From Candidatus Uhrbacteria bacterium (lineage in GTDB: Bacteria > Patescibacteriota > Patescibacteriia > JACQRZ01): a stretch of DNA of 59,711 nucleotides. Positions within the stretch are counted from its first letter, which is position 1, and each line of letters starts with the position of its first letter. A program made the translations under genes and the position numbers. Of this stretch, positions 52,114-59,711 are shown one piece after another. The notes beneath the pieces were generated by a model that had not been told where the DNA came from, made no database searches, and worked only from the letters and a program-made list of their open reading frames with translations. The stretch lies in the NCBI GenBank assembly GCA_016186045.1, contig JACPMJ010000005.1, positions 73,143-132,853 on the forward strand. The letters run 5' to 3'.

Positions 52114-54300
52114 TCACCTCTCTTCCATCATCATCTCTTCCATTATCAGTAGCAGAGGAGCAATGACGGTGATTCGTCCACTATCTTCTTTAAAGACAAA
52201 GTAGCCTGTCCCGTGCGTAGATGTACTTTCGGGATCGACAGGAATACTGACAAGGTACTTCTGATTTTTTGTAAGAATTGATAAATCAATAAAATCACTG
52301 CATGCAGTTTCGCCGTCTTTGCAAATTTCGGTTTGAGTCTTAGTAATATTTTTTGGTGGTATTCCGTTATTGTCCACTGTATATTGACGAATTGCTGATG
52401 AAATAATATTTACATCCTCTTCCCGTTGAGCATCAAATAACTGATCTGGCGAAGGACGTTCACATCGGACAAAAGTTCCACCTCTACCTATTGCATTCAA
52501 GCCCGCCTTAAGATTTTTCCATTTTCCTTCGAGATAAAAACATATTGTATAGCTATCCGTGGTTGCTCCATCATTTCCAATACCCATAATGGAATAATCA
52601 CATTGCCTTACCGACGTAGAAATACATACTTCTCCTTCACCTTTCGCGCTCGGATCATGGAGCTTTTTAAACACATCAGTAATTACTCCCGGACCTGTAC
52701 ATAACGTTGTCTTGGCAAAGATGCCCCTACAACCAACAAGTTGTCTCCCTGAAATATCCCCATCACTTAACACGGCATCAAGCTGTTTTACGTCTGAAAT
52801 ACGCTGCGCATCACGATCTATTCTATTACGCTCACTTACAGCAACATCGTTCAGTTTTTTCTTTATTGCGCCCCACTGATCTTTTGAAAGACTATACTCA
52901 AAGCCCTTTGGGGTATTCACCATGCGATCAAGTGCACCAAGATAATATTTTTTTCCATTCCGAATAAAGAAAACAGAGGATATATCTCTATCTTGAAGAA
53001 CTGCCATAATCATATCATCATCATTATAATGAAGCGCTGTTTCTGATTGCGATAGCGGATTATAACGCGACTGTATTTCTTTTAAATCAGTAAATCCATC
53101 CCGATCACTATCTTCATTAGATGGGTCAGTACCTAGTGTTTTTTCTGCTTCATCGGAAATGCCGTCATGATCGGTGTCAGAACCTTTAGACAAATTGAAA
53201 TATGCCGTAGGAATCGCGACAAGCTCATCACGAGACATTAACCGGGTGCTAAAAAAATGCGAACCCAAAGGAATTTCTTCTCGCAATGGTTGCTTCTTTT
53301 TTTTGTTTAAAACAATTGCTTTACTCATAGTGCTTACTAGTATCCCGCTTCTTGATGGCACCGATGATGCATTAACAGATATACCCCGCCAACTTGGAGA
53401 TATATAGAGAGTATCAGGAGTTTTTTGTAACAAAAGATCTTCTTGAATTTTCTTTGGATCAAATTTAACGTTATGTCGAATAAGCCACTTACCACTTGGA
53501 TGAAAAGAGCTAAGGGATGGAGCATTTTTAAAATCAGATTGCGATGGTTTCTTACTATATGTAATAGGCGTTCCGGGAATATAATACTGTTTCCTTCCAA
53601 GATAGTAGAGCGTAAGATTCATTTTTTCCCGCTCACCAGCTGCTACGCGCATAGGTATCAATGGCACTGATGATCGAAAAGTGAACGCAATCGGTTTCAG
53701 TGTTCCCTGTACGGTTCCATCATCTGAAAGACTGATCTTCTCAATATTTATTTTTACTGCAACAAAAAAGTATGTTTTTTTCTTTATATAAAAATCAAAA
53801 TTTTTTTCAGCGTCAGTCGGATAGGTGTATCCATTTTTCTTAAGCCATTGCATTAGCTCTCGAGCCGATGTTGCTGCGAGTATTGTTGCCATATAATCGC
53901 CGACATTTTTTTGCTCAATGATCATTACCCCTTCTTCGGATGCCATCGGTCTTCTTTCCTGCAGTTCTGACTGAACCCTTTCAAGGTCATCAGTGATTTG
54001 TTGTTCTGGTGGACTAACAAGACGACTCAATTCGTCAAAAAGTTCCTTCGGTGCCTCTTTGATACTTGGTTTATTTGGAAAAGCCGTGACATATGCAAAA
54101 TTTTTCGCATCCCCATTAAATGAAGGCTGGAACACAAGTGTTTCTTTCCCGGAATCAAACGACAGCAATACTTGAGAGTACTTAAGTGTTAGATGGGTAT
54201 CTTTTGGCACAAATTCAAGCATTATACAACCAAATGCAATAGATGGATAAAGCATAAACATTGCAAGTGAGGTGAGAGTTGCTATATACCTTAATTTCAT
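52114..54300 (-). CDS. Large secreted/anchored chimeric protein: DUF2330-like N-domain, TSP3-type Ca-binding repeats, pilin-like C-terminal modules
   Basis: Signal/TM ending AFGC. DUF2330-like blocks include FAYVTAFPNKP and ATILAATSARELMQWLKKNGYTYP...YFFVAVKI. The TSP3-like segment is DTDHDGISDEAEKTLGTDPSNEDSDRDGFTD. The C-terminus has RDAQRISDVKQLD... and DAQREEDVNIISSAIRQY...IPVDPES...GYFVF. Confidence 0.75.
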   Translation of the reverse strand: MKLRYIATLTSLAMFMLYPSIAFGCIMLEFVPKDTHLTLKYSQVLLSFDSGKETLVFQPSFNGDAKNFAYVTAFPNKPSIKEAPKELFDELSRLVSPPEQQITDDLERVQSELQERRPMASEEGVMIIEQKNVGDYMATILAATSARELMQWLKKNGYTYPTDAEKNFDFYIKKKTYFFVAVKINIEKISLSDDGTVQGTLKPIAFTFRSSVPLIPMRVAAGEREKMNLTLYYLGRKQYYIPGTPITYSKKPSQSDFKNAPSLSSFHPSGKWLIRHNVKFDPKKIQEDLLLQKTPDTLYISPSWRGISVNASSVPSRSGILVSTMSKAIVLNKKKKQPLREEIPLGSHFFSTRLMSRDELVAIPTAYFNLSKGSDTDHDGISDEAEKTLGTDPSNEDSDRDGFTDLKEIQSRYNPLSQSETALHYNDDDMIMAVLQDRDISSVFFIRNGKKYYLGALDRMVNTPKGFEYSLSKDQWGAIKKKLNDVAVSERNRIDRDAQRISDVKQLDAVLSDGDISGRQLVGCRGIFAKTTLCTGPGVITDVFKKLHDPSAKGEGEVCISTSVRQCDYSIMGIGNDGATTDSYTICFYLEGKWKNLKAGLNAIGRGGTFVRCERPSPDQLFDAQREEDVNIISSAIRQYTVDNNGIPPKNITKTQTEICKDGETACSDFIDLSILTKNQKYLVSIPVDPESTSTHGTGYFVFKEDSGRITVIAPLLLIMEEMMMEER

Positions 54301-54526
54301 ATATTCTTTATGTGGCGTATTTGGAGATTGATTAAAAATTACACAGAATATCTAAGTCTATTGTATCACATAATACCCATTTAAAAGCCTTTAAGGAATT
54401 GTAGCGCTTGGATACTCGAACCGCCTCCTCGCGGAGCGAAAAGCGGCGGTTGGTTTTGAGGGCATTTGGAAAATTCTTTATGATTTCAAGTCAAATCCGG
54501 ATTTCAGCCGGGGGGTATTAGAGTAC

Positions 54527-54547
54527 AAAAAAGCGCCCAAAGGGCGC
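54527..54547 (-). terminator. Intrinsic terminator after tRNA-Gln
   Basis: Minus strand: GCGCCC-TTT-GGGCGC then TTTTTT. Confidence 0.65.
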
Positions 54548-54571
54548 GATTCTGGTTATTTGTTTGCAAAC

Positions 54572-54642
54572 CTGGGGGAATAGGATTCGAACCTATATAT
54601 TCTCCTTCAAAGGGAGAAGTCCTGCCATTAGACGATCCCCCA
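54572..54642 (-). tRNA. tRNA-Gln (anticodon UUG)
   Basis: Folded by hand. Acceptor TGGGGGA/TCCCCCA (U1-A72), D stem GTCT/GGAC, anticodon stem TCTCC/GGAGA with loop CTTTGAA, T arm ATAGG-TTCGAAT-CCTAT, discriminator G. No encoded CCA. Confidence 0.9.
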
Positions 54643-54646
54643 ATAG

Positions 54647-55333
54647 TTATAGATTTTGACAAATTCCTTGCGTCCATCCGGCGATTTTCCTATTTAGCTC
54701 ACTACTTCTTCGCAGTCGTATTCTAAGAACTCCCATATATGTATCTCCTTGATTTTTTCTGTATGGATTTACTGTATGTTTTTTAAAATAAACATGGATA
54801 TTATCTGTTCTAATATTTACTGTTCTTGCCCAAAAATCTATCACTACTTTCAATCTTGGTTTTGCATTTTCATGAATATAAAGAGAAAACACGATATCAT
54901 CACAAGTTAAAGCAAGACATTTCTGCGTCCATATCAAAAAAACTTTTATCATTTCAGGATCAGAATTACTAAACCCGACCTGTTCAGAAACGGTATGTTC
55001 TTTTTCTTTTGTCCCTTCTGCCCAATAAAGAGCGATACCAATCAACCACAATTCCCTATCTGATATTCTATCTATTTCTTTTACTGCCCTCTCTTTAATC
55101 TGATTAGTTTTCTCAATCCTCCGCTGACGAATAAGATACCATGCTCGTTCGTGTCCGGCAAGTTGTTTTTTGAAAAGACGTTCTTTTTGTTCTGGGGAAA
55201 GTAGTATATCTCGCAACCACAGAGAAAGACTCGCCCTGCTTACTCTTAGCTTTTTTTCAATCTCACTATAAGAAAATCCTTCTTTTCGTAATTGTATCGC
55301 CTGAATCTTTTTTTCGTATTTTGCGGATAGCAT
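54647..55333 (-). CDS. HTH + LAGLIDADG-like (homing-endonuclease-like) protein
   Basis: The N-terminus LRKEGFSYSEIEKKLRVSRASLSLWLR is a resolvase-type HTH. LIGIALYWAEGTK resembles a LAGLIDADG motif. The stop lies 4 nt from the tRNA-Gln 5' end. Confidence 0.5.
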   Translation of the reverse strand: MLSAKYEKKIQAIQLRKEGFSYSEIEKKLRVSRASLSLWLRDILLSPEQKERLFKKQLAGHERAWYLIRQRRIEKTNQIKERAVKEIDRISDRELWLIGIALYWAEGTKEKEHTVSEQVGFSNSDPEMIKVFLIWTQKCLALTCDDIVFSLYIHENAKPRLKVVIDFWARTVNIRTDNIHVYFKKHTVNPYRKNQGDTYMGVLRIRLRRSSELNRKIAGWTQGICQNL

Positions 55334-55358
55334 ATTAAAACAGCAGGTGTATATATCC

Positions 55359-55386
55359 TATTATACACGACTCTGTTCAAATCTCA
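55359..55386 (-). promoter_or_regulatory. Putative promoter for 54647-55333
   Basis: Minus strand: TTGAGA-16 nt-TATAAT. It overlaps the hairpin GTGTATA/TATACAC. Confidence 0.35.
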
Positions 55387-55389
55387 AAT

Positions 55390-56307
55390 CTATATCTTCA
55401 GATACCGCCCGATAGCGAAGAGACTGCTCAAAATACTGATGCCAAGCGCGATAAGAAGCTCTGTCCCAAAAATGTTCACGAAATTTTTACTGAAATATGC
55501 GAGCACGTCTAATCCTTGTCCGTCAAAATAGTTCATATACGGCTGAATGACGCCCAGAAGCGGGAAGGTAATAAGAATCGTAGCAAGGACGGCAAAAATG
55601 CTGTAGATCATCCCCTCCACAATCAGCGGAGCGCGAATAAACCAGTTTGTCGCGCCGACCAATTTCATAATCTGAACTTCTTTTTTGCGCGCATAAATGG
55701 AAAGTTTGATAGTGTTGTACACAATCAATATGGCAATAAGCGTGAAAAAAATCAGAGCAACCGTGCCGACGCCTTGAATTTTTTTCTTAAAACCCTGTAT
55801 ACGCTGAATGAGATCACGCTTGTCGTCATATCGCTTGTCGCTGATAAGATCCTTGTTCTGGGTCAAATCAAGCGCGGCAAGAATAGCGGGATAATCCTCC
55901 ATGCGCCGCGCTTTCACAATAAGACTGGAAAAAAGCGGATTTGATTCCAGTTCGTCAAAGGAATCCCGAATGGTGGTATTCCCTTCTTTTTCAAATTTCT
56001 TCACCATATATTCCTTTGCAGCTTCTTTGGAAACATATTCCACTGTTGCAACCTGCGGCATGGCGCGCAAGCGATCTGCCATGGCAAGAACGTCCTGTTC
56101 TGGCGCCGTAGTATCAAAATTAACCGTAATGTTTATACGCTTTTCAATGATGGAAAGCGAGGTATCCACAAAAAGATTGGTAAGGACAAAAAAGTTCGCA
56201 GATAAAAGCGCGAGCATCATGACAAAAATAATCACCGCTGAAAGCCAAAGATTCCGCCAAAAACTTTGAAATGCATATCGTGAAACGCGAGAAAGGTGGA
56301 TAAGCAT
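55390..56307 (-). CDS. ftsX: Cell-division ABC permease FtsX
   Basis: Start MLIHLSRVSRYAFQSFWRNLWLS (56307) lies 16 nt after the ftsE stop. It has a periplasmic domain and a C-terminal 3-TM FtsX fold. Confidence 0.85.
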   Translation of the reverse strand: MLIHLSRVSRYAFQSFWRNLWLSAVIIFVMMLALLSANFFVLTNLFVDTSLSIIEKRINITVNFDTTAPEQDVLAMADRLRAMPQVATVEYVSKEAAKEYMVKKFEKEGNTTIRDSFDELESNPLFSSLIVKARRMEDYPAILAALDLTQNKDLISDKRYDDKRDLIQRIQGFKKKIQGVGTVALIFFTLIAILIVYNTIKLSIYARKKEVQIMKLVGATNWFIRAPLIVEGMIYSIFAVLATILITFPLLGVIQPYMNYFDGQGLDVLAYFSKNFVNIFGTELLIALGISILSSLFAIGRYLKI

Positions 56308-56323
56308 GGAGTAAAAAATTATT

Positions 56324-57016
56324 TCAAATAAAATATTTTCCGCCTTTGCGGTCTGAAACAAGTTCTCCTTGGTGTAGTGTAATGACACGCCTGTGTTCCA
56401 TATTCACGATATCCCTGTTGTGAGTGACAAAAATCAATGTCGTGCCCGATTCATTAATTTTATCCAAGAGATCCACGATTCCTTTTGCAGTAATAAGATC
56501 CAGATCTCCTGTCGGTTCATCCGCGATGAGAATCTTGGGCCGATGCACCATAGCACGCGCGATTGCAACCCGTTGCTGCTCACCGCCGGATAAATTCTTA
56601 GGGTAGTGCGTTGTCTTATCCTCTAATCCAACAATTCTTAGAACCTGCGGTACGGTTTCCTTGATTCTTTTCCATGCTTCACCACATACCTCCAAAGCAA
56701 AGGCGACATTTTCAAATACTGTTTTCGTATCAATGAGTTTAAAGTCCTGAAATACCACGCCGATCTGCCTACGCAAATATGGCGCTTCGCGTCTTTTTAT
56801 GCGCGTCACCTCCCAATCACCTATCAAAATTTTTCCTTCCGTAGGCCGCTCCTCTGCAGTGATGAGCCGTACCAATGTGCTTTTTCCTGCCCCGCTCTGA
56901 CCGATAAGAAAAACAAATTCACCCGGATTAATGGCAAGATTTATATCTTTCAACGCGTGAAAGTCCGGATAATAAATTTTTGAAACATGCTCTATGGTAA
57001 TCATAGGGGAAGGCAT
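56324..57016 (-). CDS. ftsE: Cell-division ABC ATPase FtsE
   Basis: [35 protein letters not shown]. Confidence 0.9.
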   Translation of the reverse strand: MPSPMITIEHVSKIYYPDFHALKDINLAINPGEFVFLIGQSGAGKSTLVRLITAEERPTEGKILIGDWEVTRIKRREAPYLRRQIGVVFQDFKLIDTKTVFENVAFALEVCGEAWKRIKETVPQVLRIVGLEDKTTHYPKNLSGGEQQRVAIARAMVHRPKILIADEPTGDLDLITAKGIVDLLDKINESGTTLIFVTHNRDIVNMEHRRVITLHQGELVSDRKGGKYFI

Positions 57017-57018
57017 AC

Positions 57019-57774
57019 CTACGATGTGTCTTTTAATTTTTCAATACGAATCCGAACAAGTCCATCGCGTAAGGGCGCTATCTTCTTGAATGCTGTACTC
57101 ACGAGATCGAGAACGCGCTTTTCATTTGTATTCGTCCAAGTGGATGTCACTGTAACATCAGTATGTTTTTTATTTTCCAAATTTGTCACGCGGAGCTTGG
57201 TTCCAAGAGGAAAAAGGTTTGTCGCGGAACCGTTCGGATACTTCGCATGTCGATACCAGCTCCCAATTCCCTGATAGCTATCACTTGCATCAGCAAAAAC
57301 TCCTACGATTCCCTTGCACACATGGATGTCTGCGCGCACGATATTCGTCTGCCGATTCATGAGCGTTTCTTTCTGTATCCATTTCTTTTTTCCGTCATCC
57401 CAAAAAAATATCCGTGGACGATACTCTGTTTTTTTATTCTGCATCGTGATTTCCACTGCCATGTCTTTATTATACATTACTTCTTCGGAGATCTCAAATT
57501 CACATACGTTTGAAAGGAGAAGGAACTTCTTCTCGTAAGAGAGGAAAGAGTCAATAAGCTCGCTTCCGATGCGGTCTGTGTGTATATTTTCACTGCGAAT
57601 GGACGATTTTTCTTGCAAAATCGTACAATCGTTTTTCAAAAAAACTTTAAGCGGCTGTCTACTGTTTTTTTCACTGGCATACAGAGGCCCTGAATATGCG
57701 AAACCAAAGAATGCAAAAACAACTATCATGAAATGCGTCAACTGTGAGTATCCTGTATTGAATATTTTTTTCAT
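57019..57774 (-). CDS. RlpA-like (DPBB) lytic-transglycosylase-family protein, membrane anchored
   Basis: I chose start MKKIFNTGY (57774); the track's longer ORF runs antisense through tRNA-Gly. The C-terminus is GIGSWY...ATNLFPLGTKLRVTNLENKKHTDVTV...RVLDLS-like. Confidence 0.7.
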   Translation of the reverse strand: MKKIFNTGYSQLTHFMIVVFAFFGFAYSGPLYASEKNSRQPLKVFLKNDCTILQEKSSIRSENIHTDRIGSELIDSFLSYEKKFLLLSNVCEFEISEEVMYNKDMAVEITMQNKKTEYRPRIFFWDDGKKKWIQKETLMNRQTNIVRADIHVCKGIVGVFADASDSYQGIGSWYRHAKYPNGSATNLFPLGTKLRVTNLENKKHTDVTVTSTWTNTNEKRVLDLVSTAFKKIAPLRDGLVRIRIEKLKDTS

Positions 57775-57802
57775 AAGGTATACATTAGTGAGGAGTACGC
57801 CT

Positions 57803-57876
57803 GCGGGATTCGTACAATGGCAGTATGTGTGCTTCCCAAGCATAAGACACGGGTTCGATTCCCGTATCCCGCTCCA
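57803..57876 (+). tRNA. tRNA-Gly (anticodon CCC), CCA encoded
   Basis: Folded by hand. Acceptor GCGGGAT/ATCCCGC, D stem GTAC/GTAT, anticodon stem TGTGC/GCATA with loop TTCCCAA, T arm ACGGG-TTCGATT-CCCGT, discriminator U, CCA. Confidence 0.9.
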
Positions 57877-57942
57877 AGATTGTACTTTCGTCTTTTTGAC
57901 CTCGCTCGAACTCACTTTATCAAAAATTCTTGACGCTGACCA

Positions 57943-57967
57943 GTCAGACTGTCCAAAAACTCACCGC
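57943..57967. repeat. Left terminal inverted repeat GTCAGACTGTCCAAAAACTCACCGC
   Basis: It is the exact reverse complement of 59504-59528. Confidence 0.9.
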
Positions 57968-58070
57968 GCTTCCTTTGAAAATACATACCTTTTTGAATAA
58001 GTTATCCTCTGTTCTTTGAACACAGAAATGGTAGAATATCCATATAAATAAAGGATAATCTCTCATTTGT

Positions 58071-59441
58071 ATGTTCAAACTATACGCCCAGAATCAAGTC
58101 CAGCTTTTACCTCCAAACCTTTCAGATATGATTGAGAAGGATCACGCGGCTCGCCTCATCAGCTCTGTTGTCGATGAAATGGACATCTCTGCCATTGAAC
58201 GGTCATATTCTTCTCAAGGATGCAGAGCATATCACCCAGCGATGCTTTTGAAAGTGCTTGTCTATGCGTACAGTATCGGCCTGCGGAGCTCACGAAAGAT
58301 CGCCGATCGCTTGCAGGAGGATATTGTCTTCATGCGGCTTTCAGGACGCTCAACCCCTGACTTTCGCACCATCGCCTTGTTTAGAAAAGATCGCATGACA
58401 GATTTCAAAGCGGTCTTTGTTCAGGTTGTCAGTCTTTGTATGGAGCTCGGCATGGCGCGGGTCGGAACAATCTCTATTGATGGCACCAAATTTACAGCCA
58501 ATACCTCGCGTAACAGGGTTGTGTACCGCAAAAACCTTGAAAGAAGAAAACAATCCATTGCAGAGAAGATCGATGCCATCATCGATGAGGCCGACGAGCT
58601 TGATCGGCAGGAAGACGCGCTGTATGGAGATACGACAGCGCACCATACCGGCATCTCCTTTGACAAGGAAACGATCCGTAAAGCATTAGGCAAAATCCAG
58701 AAGAAGAAAACAAGTCTTGGAAAGAAAAAAGAAACGCTCAAGGCCATACAAGACGACATCAAGAAAAAAGAGCGCATCATGAGAAAAGACCGCAACAGCT
58801 ATGCCGTTGCCGACAAGGATGCAACCGTCATGCTCATGAAAGAGGAGTACATCGCTCCTGGCTACAACGCCCAACTTGCCACGGAAAACCAAGTCGTCCT
58901 CGCCTACGGATTGTTCCCGAACAGAACGGACTACAAGCTCCTCAAACCCATGATTGCCGAAGTGGAAAACATGACAGGACTCACCCCGAAGCGCGTGGCA
59001 GCAGACGCGGGCTATGGTATGAAAAGCAACTACCGATTTTTAAAACACAAAAGGATCACAGGATTCATTCCCTACCAGAATTACAACAGGGATGTTGTTC
59101 TTAAACACAAGGGATTGTATGCTCTTCCGAAGAATCCCGATGTCGAGCTTGAGAAATACAAAGCGAGAATGTTCATACGATTGGGAAGCGAGGAGGGCAA
59201 GAAGATGATGAAACGAAGACGAGAAGATGTGGAACCGGTGTTCGGAGATATGAAGGAGCATATGAAGTTCAGGCGATTCACCTTGCGAGGCAAACCAAAG
59301 TGCCTCATCGAACTTGGTATTCTCTCATTCGCTCACAACATCAAAAAGATTAAAACATTCATTCAGAGCAGAATCCAACAGGACATCATAACCGAAGATA
59401 TTGAAAAATGGGGACAGATTCTAGGGTACGCGCATAGCTGA
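58071..59441 (+). CDS. IS1182-family DDE transposase
   Basis: 456 aa. The N-terminus ...QLLPPNLSDMIEKDHAARLISSVVDEMD...GCRAYHPAMLLKVLVYAYSIGLRSSRKI is the DUF772-type domain typical of IS1182/IS5-like transposases. The C-terminus is a DDE region. Confidence 0.85.
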   Translation: MFKLYAQNQVQLLPPNLSDMIEKDHAARLISSVVDEMDISAIERSYSSQGCRAYHPAMLLKVLVYAYSIGLRSSRKIADRLQEDIVFMRLSGRSTPDFRTIALFRKDRMTDFKAVFVQVVSLCMELGMARVGTISIDGTKFTANTSRNRVVYRKNLERRKQSIAEKIDAIIDEADELDRQEDALYGDTTAHHTGISFDKETIRKALGKIQKKKTSLGKKKETLKAIQDDIKKKERIMRKDRNSYAVADKDATVMLMKEEYIAPGYNAQLATENQVVLAYGLFPNRTDYKLLKPMIAEVENMTGLTPKRVAADAGYGMKSNYRFLKHKRITGFIPYQNYNRDVVLKHKGLYALPKNPDVELEKYKARMFIRLGSEEGKKMMKRRREDVEPVFGDMKEHMKFRRFTLRGKPKCLIELGILSFAHNIKKIKTFIQSRIQQDIITEDIEKWGQILGYAHS

Positions 59442-59503
59442 AACGGCGGGAAGTTCCGTCGAAGAGCGCGTACGCTGAAATCTGCTCTCATTCTCCAGTC
59501 GGT

Positions 59504-59528
59504 GCGGTGAGTTTTTGGACAGTCTGAC
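59504..59528. repeat. Right terminal inverted repeat
   Basis: GCGGTGAGTTTTTGGACAGTCTGAC is the reverse complement of 57943-57967. Confidence 0.9.
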
Positions 59529-59711
59529 AAAACCGCAACGGCTCGCGGGCAAAAATTTCCTCCCCTCAACCCCAGTATGAGAGAATTCTCTTGTGAGTTC
59601 CCTTGTATTAGAATGTAGAGAAGCGGCGTGGCATGTCGCACCCTGACCCTGTCGCTCCGATACATCATCGGAGAACGACTCTCAAGGGATTGTACCGAGC
59701 CGCCTCTGTGC

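Larger units (their letters stand above)
57943..59528 (+). mobile_element. IS1182-family insertion sequence (1586 bp)
   Basis: A single transposase ORF flanked by perfect 25-bp terminal inverted repeats. It lies 67 nt downstream of tRNA-Gly. Confidence 0.8.

Noticed and set aside
54415-54455. tRNA remnant suggested by GGCGGTTCGAGT (T-arm-like) on the minus strand
   Set aside because: The 3' half of the T stem and the acceptor are not complementary, and no D or anticodon arm can be drawn. It is treated as a nested hairpin of unknown role.
57019-57915. Track ORF for the RlpA-like gene extended to 57915
   Set aside because: The extra 47 codons run antisense through tRNA-Gly (57803-57876). ATG 57774 gives a normal signal/TM start.
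59529-59711. RNase P RNA: on the minus strand CAGGGUCAGGGUGCGACAUGCCACGCC resembles the CAGGGUGCCAGGUAACGCC region, and GAGGGGAGGAAAUUU resembles GAGGAAAGUCC
   Set aside because: The two motifs are in the wrong order for RNase P, and the GUCCGGGC core is absent. Chance similarity is likely, and an Infernal scan would settle it.

Overview
The gene content looks like a reduced Patescibacteria/CPR (Parcubacteria-like) chromosome; that taxon call is an inference from family content, not a computed result. The code is standard: serS ends on TGA exactly where homologs end. About 37 kb (2935-39873) is an unbroken minus-strand run of housekeeping genes: miaA, miaB, thrS, dnaE, two GT4 glycosyltransferases, ftsQ-like, serS, lysS, greA, PBP2/mreD, ybaB, nth, a GldG-type ABC system, prs, a MacAB-like efflux system, NRAMP. 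The left edge carries nusG'-rplK-rplA-gatB on the plus strand. From about 38 kb the window becomes accessory and decayed. It holds an M14/AstE-like gene, a GNAT, a gmk-like gene and a Pif1-like helicase. It also holds a Fic gene with a consensus promoter, five collapsed gene relics, a 180-bp MITE-like inverted-repeat element and cspA. Further right are UPF0182, engB, an SDR, a large DUF2330/TSP3/pilin-like chimeric surface protein, an HTH+LAGLIDADG-like ORF abutting tRNA-Gln, rlpA-like-ftsE-ftsX, tRNA-Gly and an IS1182-family element with perfect 25-bp terminal repeats. There is no rRNA and no CRISPR array. The most unusual signal I found is a duplicated module of promoter-like box, REP-like hairpin and a 21-codon Lys-rich micro-ORF (42448-42513 plus strand, 50649-50714 minus strand); both ORFs are below the ORF-track cutoff. 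All functional calls come from reading motifs by eye. No searches were run.
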